A stretch of 64,000 nt of DNA from Octopus vulgaris (lineage: Eukaryota): NCBI GenBank assembly GCA_951406725.2, contig OX597815.1, positions 16,554,001 through 16,618,000 of the forward strand, given 5' to 3'. The notes beneath the pieces are model-generated. The model saw only the letters and a program-made list of their open reading frames with translations, had not been told where the DNA came from and searched no databases. Shown here piece after piece: positions 13,021-23,564 of the stretch; the first letter of the stretch is position 1, and every line of letters begins with the position of its first letter. The position numbers were made by a program, and so were the translations under genes.

Positions 13021-13233
13021 TTCTTCAACACTTCAATCTAGTTCTGAATTTTACCAACAACAGTTAAAAGGAAACAAAGCATTTTAATGGCTGGTGATCA
13101 GATTTTTAAAGAAAGAAAATACTGTCTTTTCTCCTTCATACTCAAGTTACTTTCAGAAACAGCTTGATTTGTTTTTCCTCTAGGTTTTTGAGATTTTCTT
13201 CTTTTACTTCTTAAGAAATGTCTTTTGCTTATT

Positions 13234-16200
13234 TCACTTTGTAGTTGGTATTGACTGTGATTGTGATGAAGTTGTTGATGTGTTCACTGATGTCGAATTG
13301 GATTCTGTTGTAACACTTACAAATGTGGTAGCAGTAACTGGGGTAGGTGAAGGATCTGGCACTTTAGTTACCCGCCTTGATGCTGAAGGAAATGATAAGG
13401 TTGAATTGGAGACCAAGCCCCGTGTGGGAAGGCGCCGGAGTGCATTTTTATGCTGCATGTCCCACATGGTTTTTGGCTTGTTCAATGGCTTTGTTGATGT
13501 TTTCGACATAACTGAAGACACAGTGGGCTTCGAATGTGATGTTGAAATATAAGATGAATGTGATGACGATGATTGTGACGATGAAATCACTTGTGACAAA
13601 ACTGGGTGAGAAACTCTGAAAAATTCTTTATGGGGAGTGGATCCTTGGCTTGATGAATTAGAATTGCTAGAATTTGGTGATACAAGGATCATATCATTAT
13701 TTTCATTAAACATCACAGTCATCACCGTATCAGATGCAGTTGAAGAAGAGTTAACAGCAACTTCAGGTCCTGAAATGCTTGGCATCTGAAGATTGTCTTC
13801 CATCTTGATGTCTCTAACAGTACATCGAACAGTTTCCACAGGAATTTCTTTCTTCAGTTTCGGTGGTTCAGAAAACTGGTCAGGTATGGGTTTTTCCTCT
13901 GTAACAGCAATAGTACTAACTGCTTTTAATGTCTCGTCAATAGATGCAGCATTGTTAGAATTTGGGGATTTTTTCAAATTATCAGGAGATAACAACTTAT
14001 TGGTATCATCTTTGTTATCAGGGGTACTACTGGTAGTGTTACTATTATTACTGGCTTTTATTGGAGTGCTCTCCATCATAGTCTCTTCCTCTTCATCATC
14101 ATCCCAAGTGAAGGGTTGAGCATCAGGATCCTTCAGAGGTTTACGAACCCAGGACTGGTGCTGTTTGTCAGGATCAGTTGCTGGTTCAAACTGCTCTGCA
14201 GAAGGAGTTGGATCTGATAATGTTGGGGAGGGAAGATTTTTTGTCAGTAATGTAGATTCTCTCTTTTCAGGACTAGGTGTCATAATTGCTTTTTGTATTT
14301 CAGGTAAAGCTTTCATAATTGCAGGAGATTGAGTAACGTCGGTGGCTATTCGCAACCTTTTCAAGGGTGGTGAGCCTTGTTGGCCGACCATCTTGGCAAT
14401 TTGGTTAGGATCGCTGACAACTTTGAGCATACCGTCTTGCTCAGTAAGAACAAGTGTCTTGACAACACCACTACCACTGCTGGCTTGGCTAGGTTCATGA
14501 CGGCGCTTCAGTACTGTCTGGGAACGATCAATTTTTTTCCCCTGGTATCCATAGTAATTGGACATTTCTGGAGGAGAGGTATATTCAGATGAAGACACAC
14601 TAACAATGTAATATTCTGGAGAGCGAAAATCAATATCTTTGTGAGAAGTCAAATGACATTTTGTGTCAGACCAATAGTAACTTGAATAATTACATAACTT
14701 ACATCTAAATCGGTCTAAGCCTAAGTGCTTAGCTGCATGTCTTTTAAGATGTTGTAAGTAAGAAAATGATTGATTACATTCCAGACAACGGAGAGCCTGA
14801 AAGTCAGATATTTCTTCAATCTTACGATTTTGTGTACATAGCTGAACATGACGCTCAAAATGTTGCCGGACTGAGTAGTACCTTTTACAAGAATAACACT
14901 GAAAATTACCAATTTTTGTAAGCTCTGATTTGAAAATTTTGCTTGGTGTCTGGCACAGTTTTTCTAAATTAGTGACAGTTGACTTAACACATTCAGAGGG
15001 TTTTCCAGGTGTCTTTGAGACCCAGAAAGTTTCTAACTTTACAGGTTGTATTAAATTAACATCGACGCAATGTTCCATGTCTCTGTTTGCAGCACTCTGT
15101 GATTCCATATAGTTAGAATGCAAAGCAGCACCAGTCATAGGAGCTGGTCTGTTATCACCCAACAGCTCGCTGTTACTTGCTGCCTTAGGACCAATGTCGG
15201 AACGCTCTCCAAGCTTATGATCTATTTTACTTTTATACGACACAATTTTGGTGAAGGTTTTTGGTCGACCTCGAGGTTTTTTGTTTTTAGTTTCTTTTAC
15301 AGAAACTGTAGTTCGTTTCTTACATGTCTTCACATGAAGTTTGATAGTGGCCTTTTTCCTAAATGTTTTAGAACAGAAAGAGCACTTAAAAAGCATGCGC
15401 CGTGTACTCTCGATTTCTTTTTTGTGTACCACTTCAACCACAGATGTTTTGCGAAGTTTTGTTTGTATCTTTTGTATTTGATGACGTTTCAGGCCATGAG
15501 CTGAGCGTAAGTGGCCAATGAGGCCTGAAAAATATCGAAGGATCTTAGGTTTCCTTCTGCAATAAGGACATTTATAGTTCTTCTCAGGCACTGCGTCCTC
15601 ACTGCTTCGCTCAGATCGTTTGACAGCTTCAATGACGGGGAATGAAGCAGACATATCTTGTTCATCAACCCAGCAGTTCTTCATTAAATTCCTCCACATA
15701 GGAAGTAGCTGCTTATCTTTGAGGAAATGTGGGTCTCTTAAATGCAAAATAAGATCAGAGAATGATTCAAGGCGAGTTTCCTTTTGGCAAATAGGGCAGA
15801 CAAAATGTCCTTTTGATTCTGCCAAATGCTTGGACATATGATTAGCAAGCTTAGTCATGTTGGTCAGCTCGAGACCACAATCTGGACAACGCAATCTGTT
15901 TCTTAACTCATATCTCTCTGGATCATTCAGATCTTTATTGTCCAGATCCAGCTCTCCAGAAGGTTTTGACTTATCAGATGCAGCATCCTTCTCAGTTGCA
16001 CCAGGTCCTTCAGCACCTTTTTCAGATTGGTCCTTTTTGTCCTCATTGGCATCTGGGACAGTTTTTAATTCATTTGCCTTGCTTGCTGGATCCTCTACTT
16101 TTGGTTGGGATTGTGTCTTATCCTTGAAGCGCTGATAAGCATCCAAAACACCAGCAATTAAAGGATTCAGCTTATCTGAAGCATCATTCTTATTGTCTTC

Positions 16201-19179
16201 ATTAACATCCTTTAATTCCGATGTGTTTGGAATGCTAATATTTTGGGGTTCATTAAGCACTTTGGAATTTGAATCTTGATTCAATCCAATTTTCTTATCT
16301 GCATCTTTATTTTCAACAAGTTCTTTCTGAATTGTCGCCAGTTTCTTATCACTTGGCTCAGTCTGATTGGCAGTAGAAGCACTGCTTACAGCTGCAACTT
16401 GCTCAGTTGTCATTTCAGAGTTGGTAGATGTTTTAGGAAGAACCTCATTGTTTTCTTTCGATTTTCCAGCAGATGCATCCTTTTCCCCGACAACATTGTC
16501 TCCTTGCGCACCAGTCTCTTTTGTCAAAAGTACTTTTTTACCGTCTATTATTAAGAGACTGTCTTTTGTGTCAGTTGCCATGTCTTTTTTCTGAACACTG
16601 CTTTGCTTTCTATCAACAACAGATTTAGTTTCTGTTGCCATGTCTTTCTTTTGAATACCACTATCCTTTTTCTCAACAGATCTTGTCTCAGTGGCCATGT
16701 CTTTCTTCTGAACATTGCTCTCTTTCTTCTCAACAGACTTTGTCTCTGTTGCCATGTCTTTCTTCAGAACACTGCTATCCTTTTTCTCGACAGATTTAGT
16801 TTCTGTTGCCATGTCTTTCTTTTGAATACTACTGTCTTTTTTCTCAACAGATCTTGTCCCTATTGCCATGTCTTTCTTTTCGACACCACTATCTTTTTTC
16901 TCGACAGATCTTGTCCCTATTGCCATGTCTTTCTTCTCAACACCACTATCTTTTTTCTCAACAGATCTTGTCCCTATTGCCATGTCTTTCTTTTCGACAC
17001 CACTATCTTTTTTCTCGACAGATCTTGTCCCTATTGCCATGTCTTTCTTTTCGACACCACTATCTTTTTTCTCAACAGATCTTGTCCCTATTGCCATGTC
17101 TTTCTTCTCAACACCACTATCTTTTTTCTCAACAGATCTTGTCCCTATTGCCATGTCTTTCTTCTCAACACCACTATCTTTTTTCTCAACAGATCTTGTC
17201 CCTATTGCCATGTCTTTCTTTTCGACACCACTATCTTTTTTCTCAACAGATCTTGTCCCTATTGCCATGTCTTTCTTTTCGACACCACTATCTTTTTTCT
17301 GAACAGATTTTGTCTCTGTAGCCATGTCTTTCTTCTCAACAGCACTATCTTTTTTCTCAACAGATTTCGTCTCGGTTGCCATATCTTTCTTCTCAACATT
17401 ACTTTCTTTTTTCTGAACAGATTTTGTCTCTGTTGCCATATCTTTCTTCTGAACACTGCTATCATTTTTCTCAGCAACAACCACTCTTTCTTGATTTGAA
17501 GTCTGTTTCGTCTCAGTAGCAACAGCTTTCTTTTCAACAATGACAACTTTTTTTCCAATCGCAAAAGGTTTTTCATGGTGACTGGGAGATTTGGTCTCAG
17601 TAGCCACAACTTTTTTTTCGGGTATAGAATCTTTTTTCCTAGTAACAACGCCACTTTTCTCTTCATTCACAACAACATTATTTTCCTTATTTAAATTAAC
17701 ATCATCTTTCTGAGAAGTTGTATCTGTTTTATCAGAAACAGTGTTCTTGTTCTCAATGGTAGCAGCAACACTTTTTTCCTTTACTTGACCACCATCTTTG
17801 TTCTGTTGAGTAGCAACATCATTTTTCTTGGCGGAAACATCATTTTTCTTGGTGGAAACAACATTTTTCTCAGCTACTGTATCTTTTTTCTGAACAGTTG
17901 CATTGTTTTGTACAAGATTATCTTTTTGCTTCATTGTGCTAGCTTCCTTCTTGTCATCTATTTCCATTTTTTCAAGAGAACTCCCTTTCTGGTTAGATAG
18001 ATTCTTCGCTACGACTGATCTTGTTTCAACGGTGACATCCATTTTCTCAACGCCACCAGAAGTTTCATTGCTGACATCCATTTTTTCATGGCCATCTTTC
18101 AAATTAGTATTTACTTTTCTAGGAGGAGCATGTCTTTTTTTATCCGAACTTTCTTTCTTTGGGGTCAAACTCCCCCGTTTTTCAGGTTCTTTTCTGTGAG
18201 GGGTACTTTTCTCCGAAGAGCTGCCTTGTTTTTCTTTCGCAGAAATACTTTCCCTTCTTTCCCTCCGATGTTGGGATGTTTCTCGCTTTTCTGAAGACAG
18301 ATCTTTCTTATGAGTTATCTCTCTCTTTTCAGACGAGCTATCTCTCTTATGAACAGAGCTATCTCTTTTATGAGAAGAGCTGTCTCTCCTGTGAGAAGAA
18401 CTTTCCCTTCTATGGCTGCTACTATCTCTTTTCTGTGGAGGGCTGTCCCGTCTATGACTGCTGCTATTTCTTTTCTGTGGTGTTGTGTCTTTCTGTTCTG
18501 ATAGACTTTGGCGTTTTGTTGTAGAACTATCTCTTTTATCACTGGTACTATCTTTCTTGTGGACACTGACATTTTTCTTTTGAGCACTGCTCTCCTTTTT
18601 ATGGCTACTGTCTTGCTTTTGAGAAACGGTGTCTTTGTTGTCTTTCTTTGAAACAATACTATCCTTTTGTTGTACATCTCTTTTACGGGAATTCCGCAGT
18701 TTCATTGGATCGTTATTTTCAACAGGTATTACTTCTTTAGGTGACACTGCAGGAGGTTTTACCTGACTGGTTTCAGAAGATTCTGCTTTACCTTTTGATT
18801 TTGGAACAGTCTTGGATATTGTCTTGTCTGGTGATGGTTCTTTAGTTGGAGGAATTTCCTCAGACTTTTCCTTAGTGGTTGGTCTAGAATTTTCACTGGT
18901 AGTTTTGTCGATTTCTTTTTCTTTTGTCGGTACAGGAACATCAAAGCTAATGAGATACTGAAGGCAGTTGGCTTTTTTGTGATTGAGGAAGCTTTGCATA
19001 ACGCGAAACAAATTTCTACAGACTTTACATTCCAATATGATATCACACTCATAACTGAGGCAGTGCTTTTCTTCAGGTTCTCCATCCTGGACAGTGGATA
19101 GCATCTGCTCAATTACACTGTCTGGTTTTCTTTGGACGGTAGACCCCTTTGAAGGAGGTAACTCACATGCTTCACTCAT
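13234..19179 (-). CDS. ZNF800-like C2H2/C2HC zinc-finger protein, 1981 aa, with long K/S/D/E-rich repetitive disordered regions
   Basis: Uninterrupted 5946-bp ORF with atcATG context. The N-terminal IEQML..G..E.KH.L..ECDIILECKVCRNLFR...HKK..C segment resembles the ZNF800 N-terminus (from recall). About 8 dispersed fingers (CKVC, CPDC, CPIC, CPYC, CSFC, CYSC, CLEC, CKLC) and an AT-hook-like KPRGRPK. Confidence 0.92.
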   Translation of the reverse strand: MSEACELPPSKGSTVQRKPDSVIEQMLSTVQDGEPEEKHCLSYECDIILECKVCRNLFRVMQSFLNHKKANCLQYLISFDVPVPTKEKEIDKTTSENSRPTTKEKSEEIPPTKEPSPDKTISKTVPKSKGKAESSETSQVKPPAVSPKEVIPVENNDPMKLRNSRKRDVQQKDSIVSKKDNKDTVSQKQDSSHKKESSAQKKNVSVHKKDSTSDKRDSSTTKRQSLSEQKDTTPQKRNSSSHRRDSPPQKRDSSSHRRESSSHRRDSSSHKRDSSVHKRDSSSEKREITHKKDLSSEKRETSQHRRERRESISAKEKQGSSSEKSTPHRKEPEKRGSLTPKKESSDKKRHAPPRKVNTNLKDGHEKMDVSNETSGGVEKMDVTVETRSVVAKNLSNQKGSSLEKMEIDDKKEASTMKQKDNLVQNNATVQKKDTVAEKNVVSTKKNDVSAKKNDVATQQNKDGGQVKEKSVAATIENKNTVSDKTDTTSQKDDVNLNKENNVVVNEEKSGVVTRKKDSIPEKKVVATETKSPSHHEKPFAIGKKVVIVEKKAVATETKQTSNQERVVVAEKNDSSVQKKDMATETKSVQKKESNVEKKDMATETKSVEKKDSAVEKKDMATETKSVQKKDSGVEKKDMAIGTRSVEKKDSGVEKKDMAIGTRSVEKKDSGVEKKDMAIGTRSVEKKDSGVEKKDMAIGTRSVEKKDSGVEKKDMAIGTRSVEKKDSGVEKKDMAIGTRSVEKKDSGVEKKDMAIGTRSVEKKDSGVEKKDMAIGTRSVEKKDSSIQKKDMATETKSVEKKDSSVLKKDMATETKSVEKKESNVQKKDMATETRSVEKKDSGIQKKDMATETKSVVDRKQSSVQKKDMATDTKDSLLIIDGKKVLLTKETGAQGDNVVGEKDASAGKSKENNEVLPKTSTNSEMTTEQVAAVSSASTANQTEPSDKKLATIQKELVENKDADKKIGLNQDSNSKVLNEPQNISIPNTSELKDVNEDNKNDASDKLNPLIAGVLDAYQRFKDKTQSQPKVEDPASKANELKTVPDANEDKKDQSEKGAEGPGATEKDAASDKSKPSGELDLDNKDLNDPERYELRNRLRCPDCGLELTNMTKLANHMSKHLAESKGHFVCPICQKETRLESFSDLILHLRDPHFLKDKQLLPMWRNLMKNCWVDEQDMSASFPVIEAVKRSERSSEDAVPEKNYKCPYCRRKPKILRYFSGLIGHLRSAHGLKRHQIQKIQTKLRKTSVVEVVHKKEIESTRRMLFKCSFCSKTFRKKATIKLHVKTCKKRTTVSVKETKNKKPRGRPKTFTKIVSYKSKIDHKLGERSDIGPKAASNSELLGDNRPAPMTGAALHSNYMESQSAANRDMEHCVDVNLIQPVKLETFWVSKTPGKPSECVKSTVTNLEKLCQTPSKIFKSELTKIGNFQCYSCKRYYSVRQHFERHVQLCTQNRKIEEISDFQALRCLECNQSFSYLQHLKRHAAKHLGLDRFRCKLCNYSSYYWSDTKCHLTSHKDIDFRSPEYYIVSVSSSEYTSPPEMSNYYGYQGKKIDRSQTVLKRRHEPSQASSGSGVVKTLVLTEQDGMLKVVSDPNQIAKMVGQQGSPPLKRLRIATDVTQSPAIMKALPEIQKAIMTPSPEKRESTLLTKNLPSPTLSDPTPSAEQFEPATDPDKQHQSWVRKPLKDPDAQPFTWDDDEEEETMMESTPIKASNNSNTTSSTPDNKDDTNKLLSPDNLKKSPNSNNAASIDETLKAVSTIAVTEEKPIPDQFSEPPKLKKEIPVETVRCTVRDIKMEDNLQMPSISGPEVAVNSSSTASDTVMTVMFNENNDMILVSPNSSNSNSSSQGSTPHKEFFRVSHPVLSQVISSSQSSSSHSSYISTSHSKPTVSSVMSKTSTKPLNKPKTMWDMQHKNALRRLPTRGLVSNSTLSFPSASRRVTKVPDPSPTPVTATTFVSVTTESNSTSVNTSTTSSQSQSIPTTK
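16565..17465 (-). repeat. Coding minisatellite, 57-bp unit (19 aa), about 16 copies
   Basis: ccctattgccat recurs every 57 bp (16858 to 17257). Eight KKDSGVEKKDMAIGTRSVE units are flanked by 3 + 5 KKDMAT(E/D)T variants. Confidence 0.95.
18285..18665 (-). repeat. Coding 21-bp (7-aa) degenerate repeat, (K/R)(K/R)(D/E)Sxxx
   Basis: KRNSSSH RRDSPPQ KRDSSSH RRESSSH RRDSSSH KRDSSVH KRDSSSE and more degenerate flanking units. Confidence 0.85.
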
Positions 19180-19212
19180 GATGAATAAATATCTGAAACA
19201 TAATGAGAATAA
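19180..19212 (-). other. Splice acceptor of the coding exon; exon starts at 19192
   Basis: Minus strand reads ttctcattatgtttcag|ATATTTATTCATCATG. Confidence 0.7.
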
Positions 19213-19502
19213 TTAAAATGATATAAAAATTAAATAAATGAATAAATAACATTTTCTATGGTATAAGTCTGTACAATAAGCATGAGAAGGTAACATCATC
19301 ATTGTTTATCATTTTGTTTTTCCATGTTAGCAAAAAAACATTACAACTTAAATATTTTAAAGAGTAATTACACTTTCTGCATGTAAATCATACTTAGATA
19401 CTTACACAATCAAACTAAATTGAGTCACCAACTGCAAATCTAGGCAGTTACAGATTTCCCCATGAAGAGATCTGTGAAATCATACGAAATATTTACAGAT
19501 AA

Positions 19503-20311
19503 TCTCTCTATATATAAACGGCAGTTTGTCTGTCTGTGTGTCTGTGTGTCTGTCAGGTTGTACCCTCACCTTGACCACGACTTTCAACCGATTCTGATGA
19601 AACTTGACACACACACATAGCCCAATGTCATAATTCAAAACTAACACAGCGAAAATTTTGAAAAGTTCCCCCAGTTCTGAAAAAAAATCGATAAATTCGA
19701 CATGGGTCGAGAATCTACGCTTTTTATATGCAACACATTTTCTACAGACTGTCTAGGGGACGCAACTCGACCTTTTTAACTCTCGGAGCACGTGGGGTAA
19801 GTATCCCAAAATGTATAAAAACGTACAAAAACGGCAAAAAAGCGAGCAGCAATGTGAGTGACAACAACGAAAAAGTCAAAAGTGACCAAACTGAACAAAC
19901 GAATGGAAAAGGTTTTTTGAAGCACATGACAAAAGCGGTTTATAATAAACCAAGAGTTTGCAAGTAGCATCCAAGGACCCTTAGGGTACGTCAAAAATTT
20001 AAGGTAAAACGTTTGGGGTGGCAGTTATAAAGAAAGTGTAAACAAAAAAAGTATTCGAATAACTTGTGGCTGCAGTAGCTATTAGCAGAAGTGGCGGTGT
20101 TGGGGGTAAAGTCTCGAATGTAATTTCTTCCTGGTAGGAATTGGTTGAGTTGAATTATCGATAGCTGTTTGATAGTTATTTGGGAGTGAAGAGAAGACAT
20201 TGCAACCTACACATGCGCCTTCGTTCCCTATAGGGAAAGGACTAGATTGGGATTAGTCGTTGCCTACTAGGGGCTCTTACATACCCGGGCAACGCCGGGC
20301 TATGCTGCTAG
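19503..20311 (+). mobile_element. Non-autonomous Helitron
   Basis: 5' TC after A, (gtct)n near the 5' end, 3' hairpin cccgggcaacgccggg, then CTAG before T; no TSD. Confidence 0.85.
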
Positions 20312-20916
20312 TTATGAAATAAACTAAGATGAAGGGAAAAAGTAAGAGAGAAAAAAGTGATAGGGATGGATTTCTGACAAAGAAACAAAGCTGCAAATTT
20401 AACAGGGAGAGAACTCAGTTCATTGAAGCATCTCAGTATATTACTGGTAATCTGCAATTTCATCAATTCAAACACTGAACAGAAAAAGAAATGTAAAAAC
20501 TTCTCAAGCCTTAGGGGGGTCAAATATTAGCTTCAGTTTCATGGTGCTGATGTAGATGAGAGATAAATCTCACTTTGGATAGGGTACCAATTCATTGCAA
20601 GCAAAATTCCAAAGATATCTGGTGTTTCACACAGGTGAAACATCAGATAACCTCAGAATTTTGCAATTTAAGATAAAGATTTCTGCCCGATCTGAATCTG
20701 AAGTAATGTACAGTTTTTCTCAGAGACTCCGAGGAACCAGTTTTCCATGAAAAAATTCTGCAGTTCCATGAGATAAGATCTCCTTCAACAAGACTCGATA
20801 TAAATTTATTTTGTAAAACAAATACTCTTCACTATGATCAAAATAAGTCATAGGTTTTTTTCTTTTATCTGATGATATTCTCTCTCTAAAATAATTTTTT
20901 TTACAATTAATATATT

Positions 20917-21309
20917 TATTTCTTTATTGCCCACAAGAGGCTAAACATAGAGGACAAACAAAAGGATTAAGTCGATTACATCAACCCCAGTGCGTAACTG
21001 GTATTTATTTAATCAACTCCAAAAGGATGAAAGGCAAAGTCAACCTCAGCAGAATTTGAACTAAGAATGAAATACCTATTTCTTTACTACCGACAAAGGG
21101 CTAAACACAGAGGGGACGAATAAGGACAGACAAATGGATTAAGTCGATTATATCAACCCCAGTGCATAACTGGTACTTAATTTATCGACCCCCGAAAGGA
21201 TGAAAGGCAAAGTCAACCTCAGCAGAATTTGAACTCAGAACGTAACGGCAGATGAAATATGGCTACGCATTTCGCCCGGCGTGCTAACGATTCTGCCAGC
21301 TCACCACCC
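20917..21309 (-). mobile_element. SINE family D with a duplicated body
   Basis: Head ggtgagctggcagaatcgttagcacgccggg; body gcctttcatcctttcggggtcgataaattaagtaccag present twice; 16-bp TSD ttacaattaatatatt (20901-16, 21310-25). Confidence 0.88.
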
Positions 21310-21614
21310 TTACAATTAATATATTATTAAAGTTAAGCTAATGGCAAGTTGTCAGTAAATTATGGTTTCTGTAATCATTTTAAAAATCATTTTAACATTG
21401 AAAAACATCCTAAACATTGACACAAATCAAGAGAATTTCATGTAAGAAGAGAATCTCCAAAATATCTTATACTCTTGGATTCACAAAGAGACAAAGAGAA
21501 AAAGATAAATAATAACATTAGAAATCTGATCTTAAAATATGAAGAGGACAGCAAAAAGTTTGAGTGTTAATGTCGGAACTTTATAGAAATTAATAAAATT
21601 GTTACTAATTATTG

Positions 21615-22021
21615 ACAGTGTTCAAAGGTCGTGCTTCACCACTTCATCTCAGGTTTTCCTGGGTCTACTTCTTCCACAGGTTCCCTTAACCACTAGGGGT
21701 GTGGCACTTTTTCACACAGCTATCCTCATCCATTCTCGCCAGATGCCCATACCAGCGCAGTTGTCTCTCTTGCACACCACATCTGATGCTTCTTAGGTCC
21801 AACTTTTCTCTCAAGGTACTTATACTCTGCCGAGTATGCACACTGCCATTACACATCCAGCAGAGCATACTGGCTTCATTCCTTGCAAGCTTACACATGT
21901 CCTCAGCAATCATGGCCCATGTTTCATTGCCATGTAGCATAACTGTTCATACACATGCATCATACAGTCTACTTTCTACTCTGAGCAAGAGGCCCTTTGT
22001 CACTAGCAGAGGTAAGAGCTC

Positions 22022-22057
<36 letters not shown>

Positions 22058-22175
22058 CATTAGGAAGGGCATCCAGCTGTAGAAACTCTACCAAATCAAG
22101 ATTGGAGCCTGGTGCAGCCATCTGGTTTGCCAGCCCTCAGTCAAAATCGTCCAACCCATGGTAGCATGGAAAGCA

Positions 22176-22215
<40 letters not shown>

Positions 22216-22875
22216 CATCATCATCGCTAAATGGTGTTTTTAACATGCCATATGCACTTGCCTCAACAGGTCTTCGCAAGCAGAGTTTAGTGTCCAATGA
22301 AGGAAAGGCACGCACAAGTGGACTGGTTACACCCCTGGCATAGGCCACAAGGTTATGGTCTCACTTGTGCTTGCCAAGTCTTCTCAAGCGCAGCATATTT
22401 CCAGAGGTCCTGGTCACAGTCTACCTTTTACTCTGAGTGAGAGGCCCTTTGTCACCAGCAAAGGTAAGAGCTCTCTGAATGCAGCCCACGCTATTCTTAT
22501 TCTAGCAGCTACAATTTCAGTGCAGCCTCCCCCACTACTGACTTGGTCACCTAGGTAACAGAAGCTATCAACTACTTCTAATTTTTCTCCCTGGAATGTG
22601 TCAGAAGTTGTTCTCTGCACATTTTCAGTGTTATTTATAGCTCCCGAGCATCTGCCACATACAAAAGCTATCCTCCCAGTTAGCCTTCCTTTGATATTGC
22701 TGCTCCTCTTATGTGTCCATAGCTTACACTGGGTACATTTTATAGAGTTTCTACCTACGCCTTTTCTACAGATCGAGCAGGGCCATCTACCTGGAGGGAT
22801 TTGTGGTTTGCCTGCCTTCCTACTTATTAGGACTTTGGTTTTAGCTAGGTTAACTCTAAGTCCCTTCGATTCTAA
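21615..22875 (-). mobile_element. RTE-clade LINE fragments, rearranged
   Basis: GLRVNLAKTK..FCYLG..ARIRIAWAAF (22415-22875) and MLHGNETW..QLRWYGHLARM (21615-22020), separated by 3'-UTR pieces in both orientations. Confidence 0.88.
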
Positions 22876-22935
22876 TACACATACAAACATACATGTGTAT
22901 ATATATATATATGAGGATATATATATATGTGTATG

Positions 22936-22988
<53 letters not shown>

Positions 22989-23564
22989 ATGTATTTAAGA
23001 CTACACTGTCTTTACATATATCGGACCATACACAACAGTTTATACTGACTGATATACAAAATCAGTTAGTATAAGTCTACCACGTACAGTTTGATATATC
23101 ATTCAGGCAAGACATATCAAAATTCTACAGCAGATTTGAACTCATGGCCAACTAGTTAGTATAGTACCCTCTTAGCTAATTTACCTTATAGTAACTCTAT
23201 ATATTTGACAATACCTTATCTTCAGACCAAGAATGCCAATTCTATTCCAATGTAGTTTCAAAACAGTTGTTTCCAAATTTTCAAAATGTTCCAATACACT
23301 TCAATTTAGACAATACACCAGAGTTATGTCCCTTACTTATAGAGCCCGGTTGTATTTAGCTTTACTGCATATAGCAGGGGTCTCCAAAGTGTTCAAGGGG
23401 TCGATAAATGCACATCTACTTATAACAATGAAGAAAGATTAACGTGCTCTCATGATATTTCTAATGAAAAACACTGTCAATGTTCAGTTAATTTTTAAAA
23501 TAATCAAGAATTTGTACGGATTAGGTAAAATTTACTTAATTACAATGGAAAATTTTTATTTACC

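Noticed and set aside
114-13087. Many YI/CV/HT-rich ORFs (114-595, 6435-7062, 12573-13087; likewise 61019-61339)
   Set aside because: Translations of stop-poor microsatellites, open in several frames on both strands.
16565-17465. CRISPR-like regular repeat
   Set aside because: Contiguous tandem units without unique spacers, inside a eukaryotic CDS, with no cas genes. The same applies to 33592-34298.
16603-17499. 298-aa plus-strand ORF with repeated CPYCH, resembling a multi-heme (CxxCH) or zinc protein
   Set aside because: Antisense shadow of the 57-bp coding array; confined to the repeat, with a non-ATG start. The variable sites are synonymous in the minus-strand frame.
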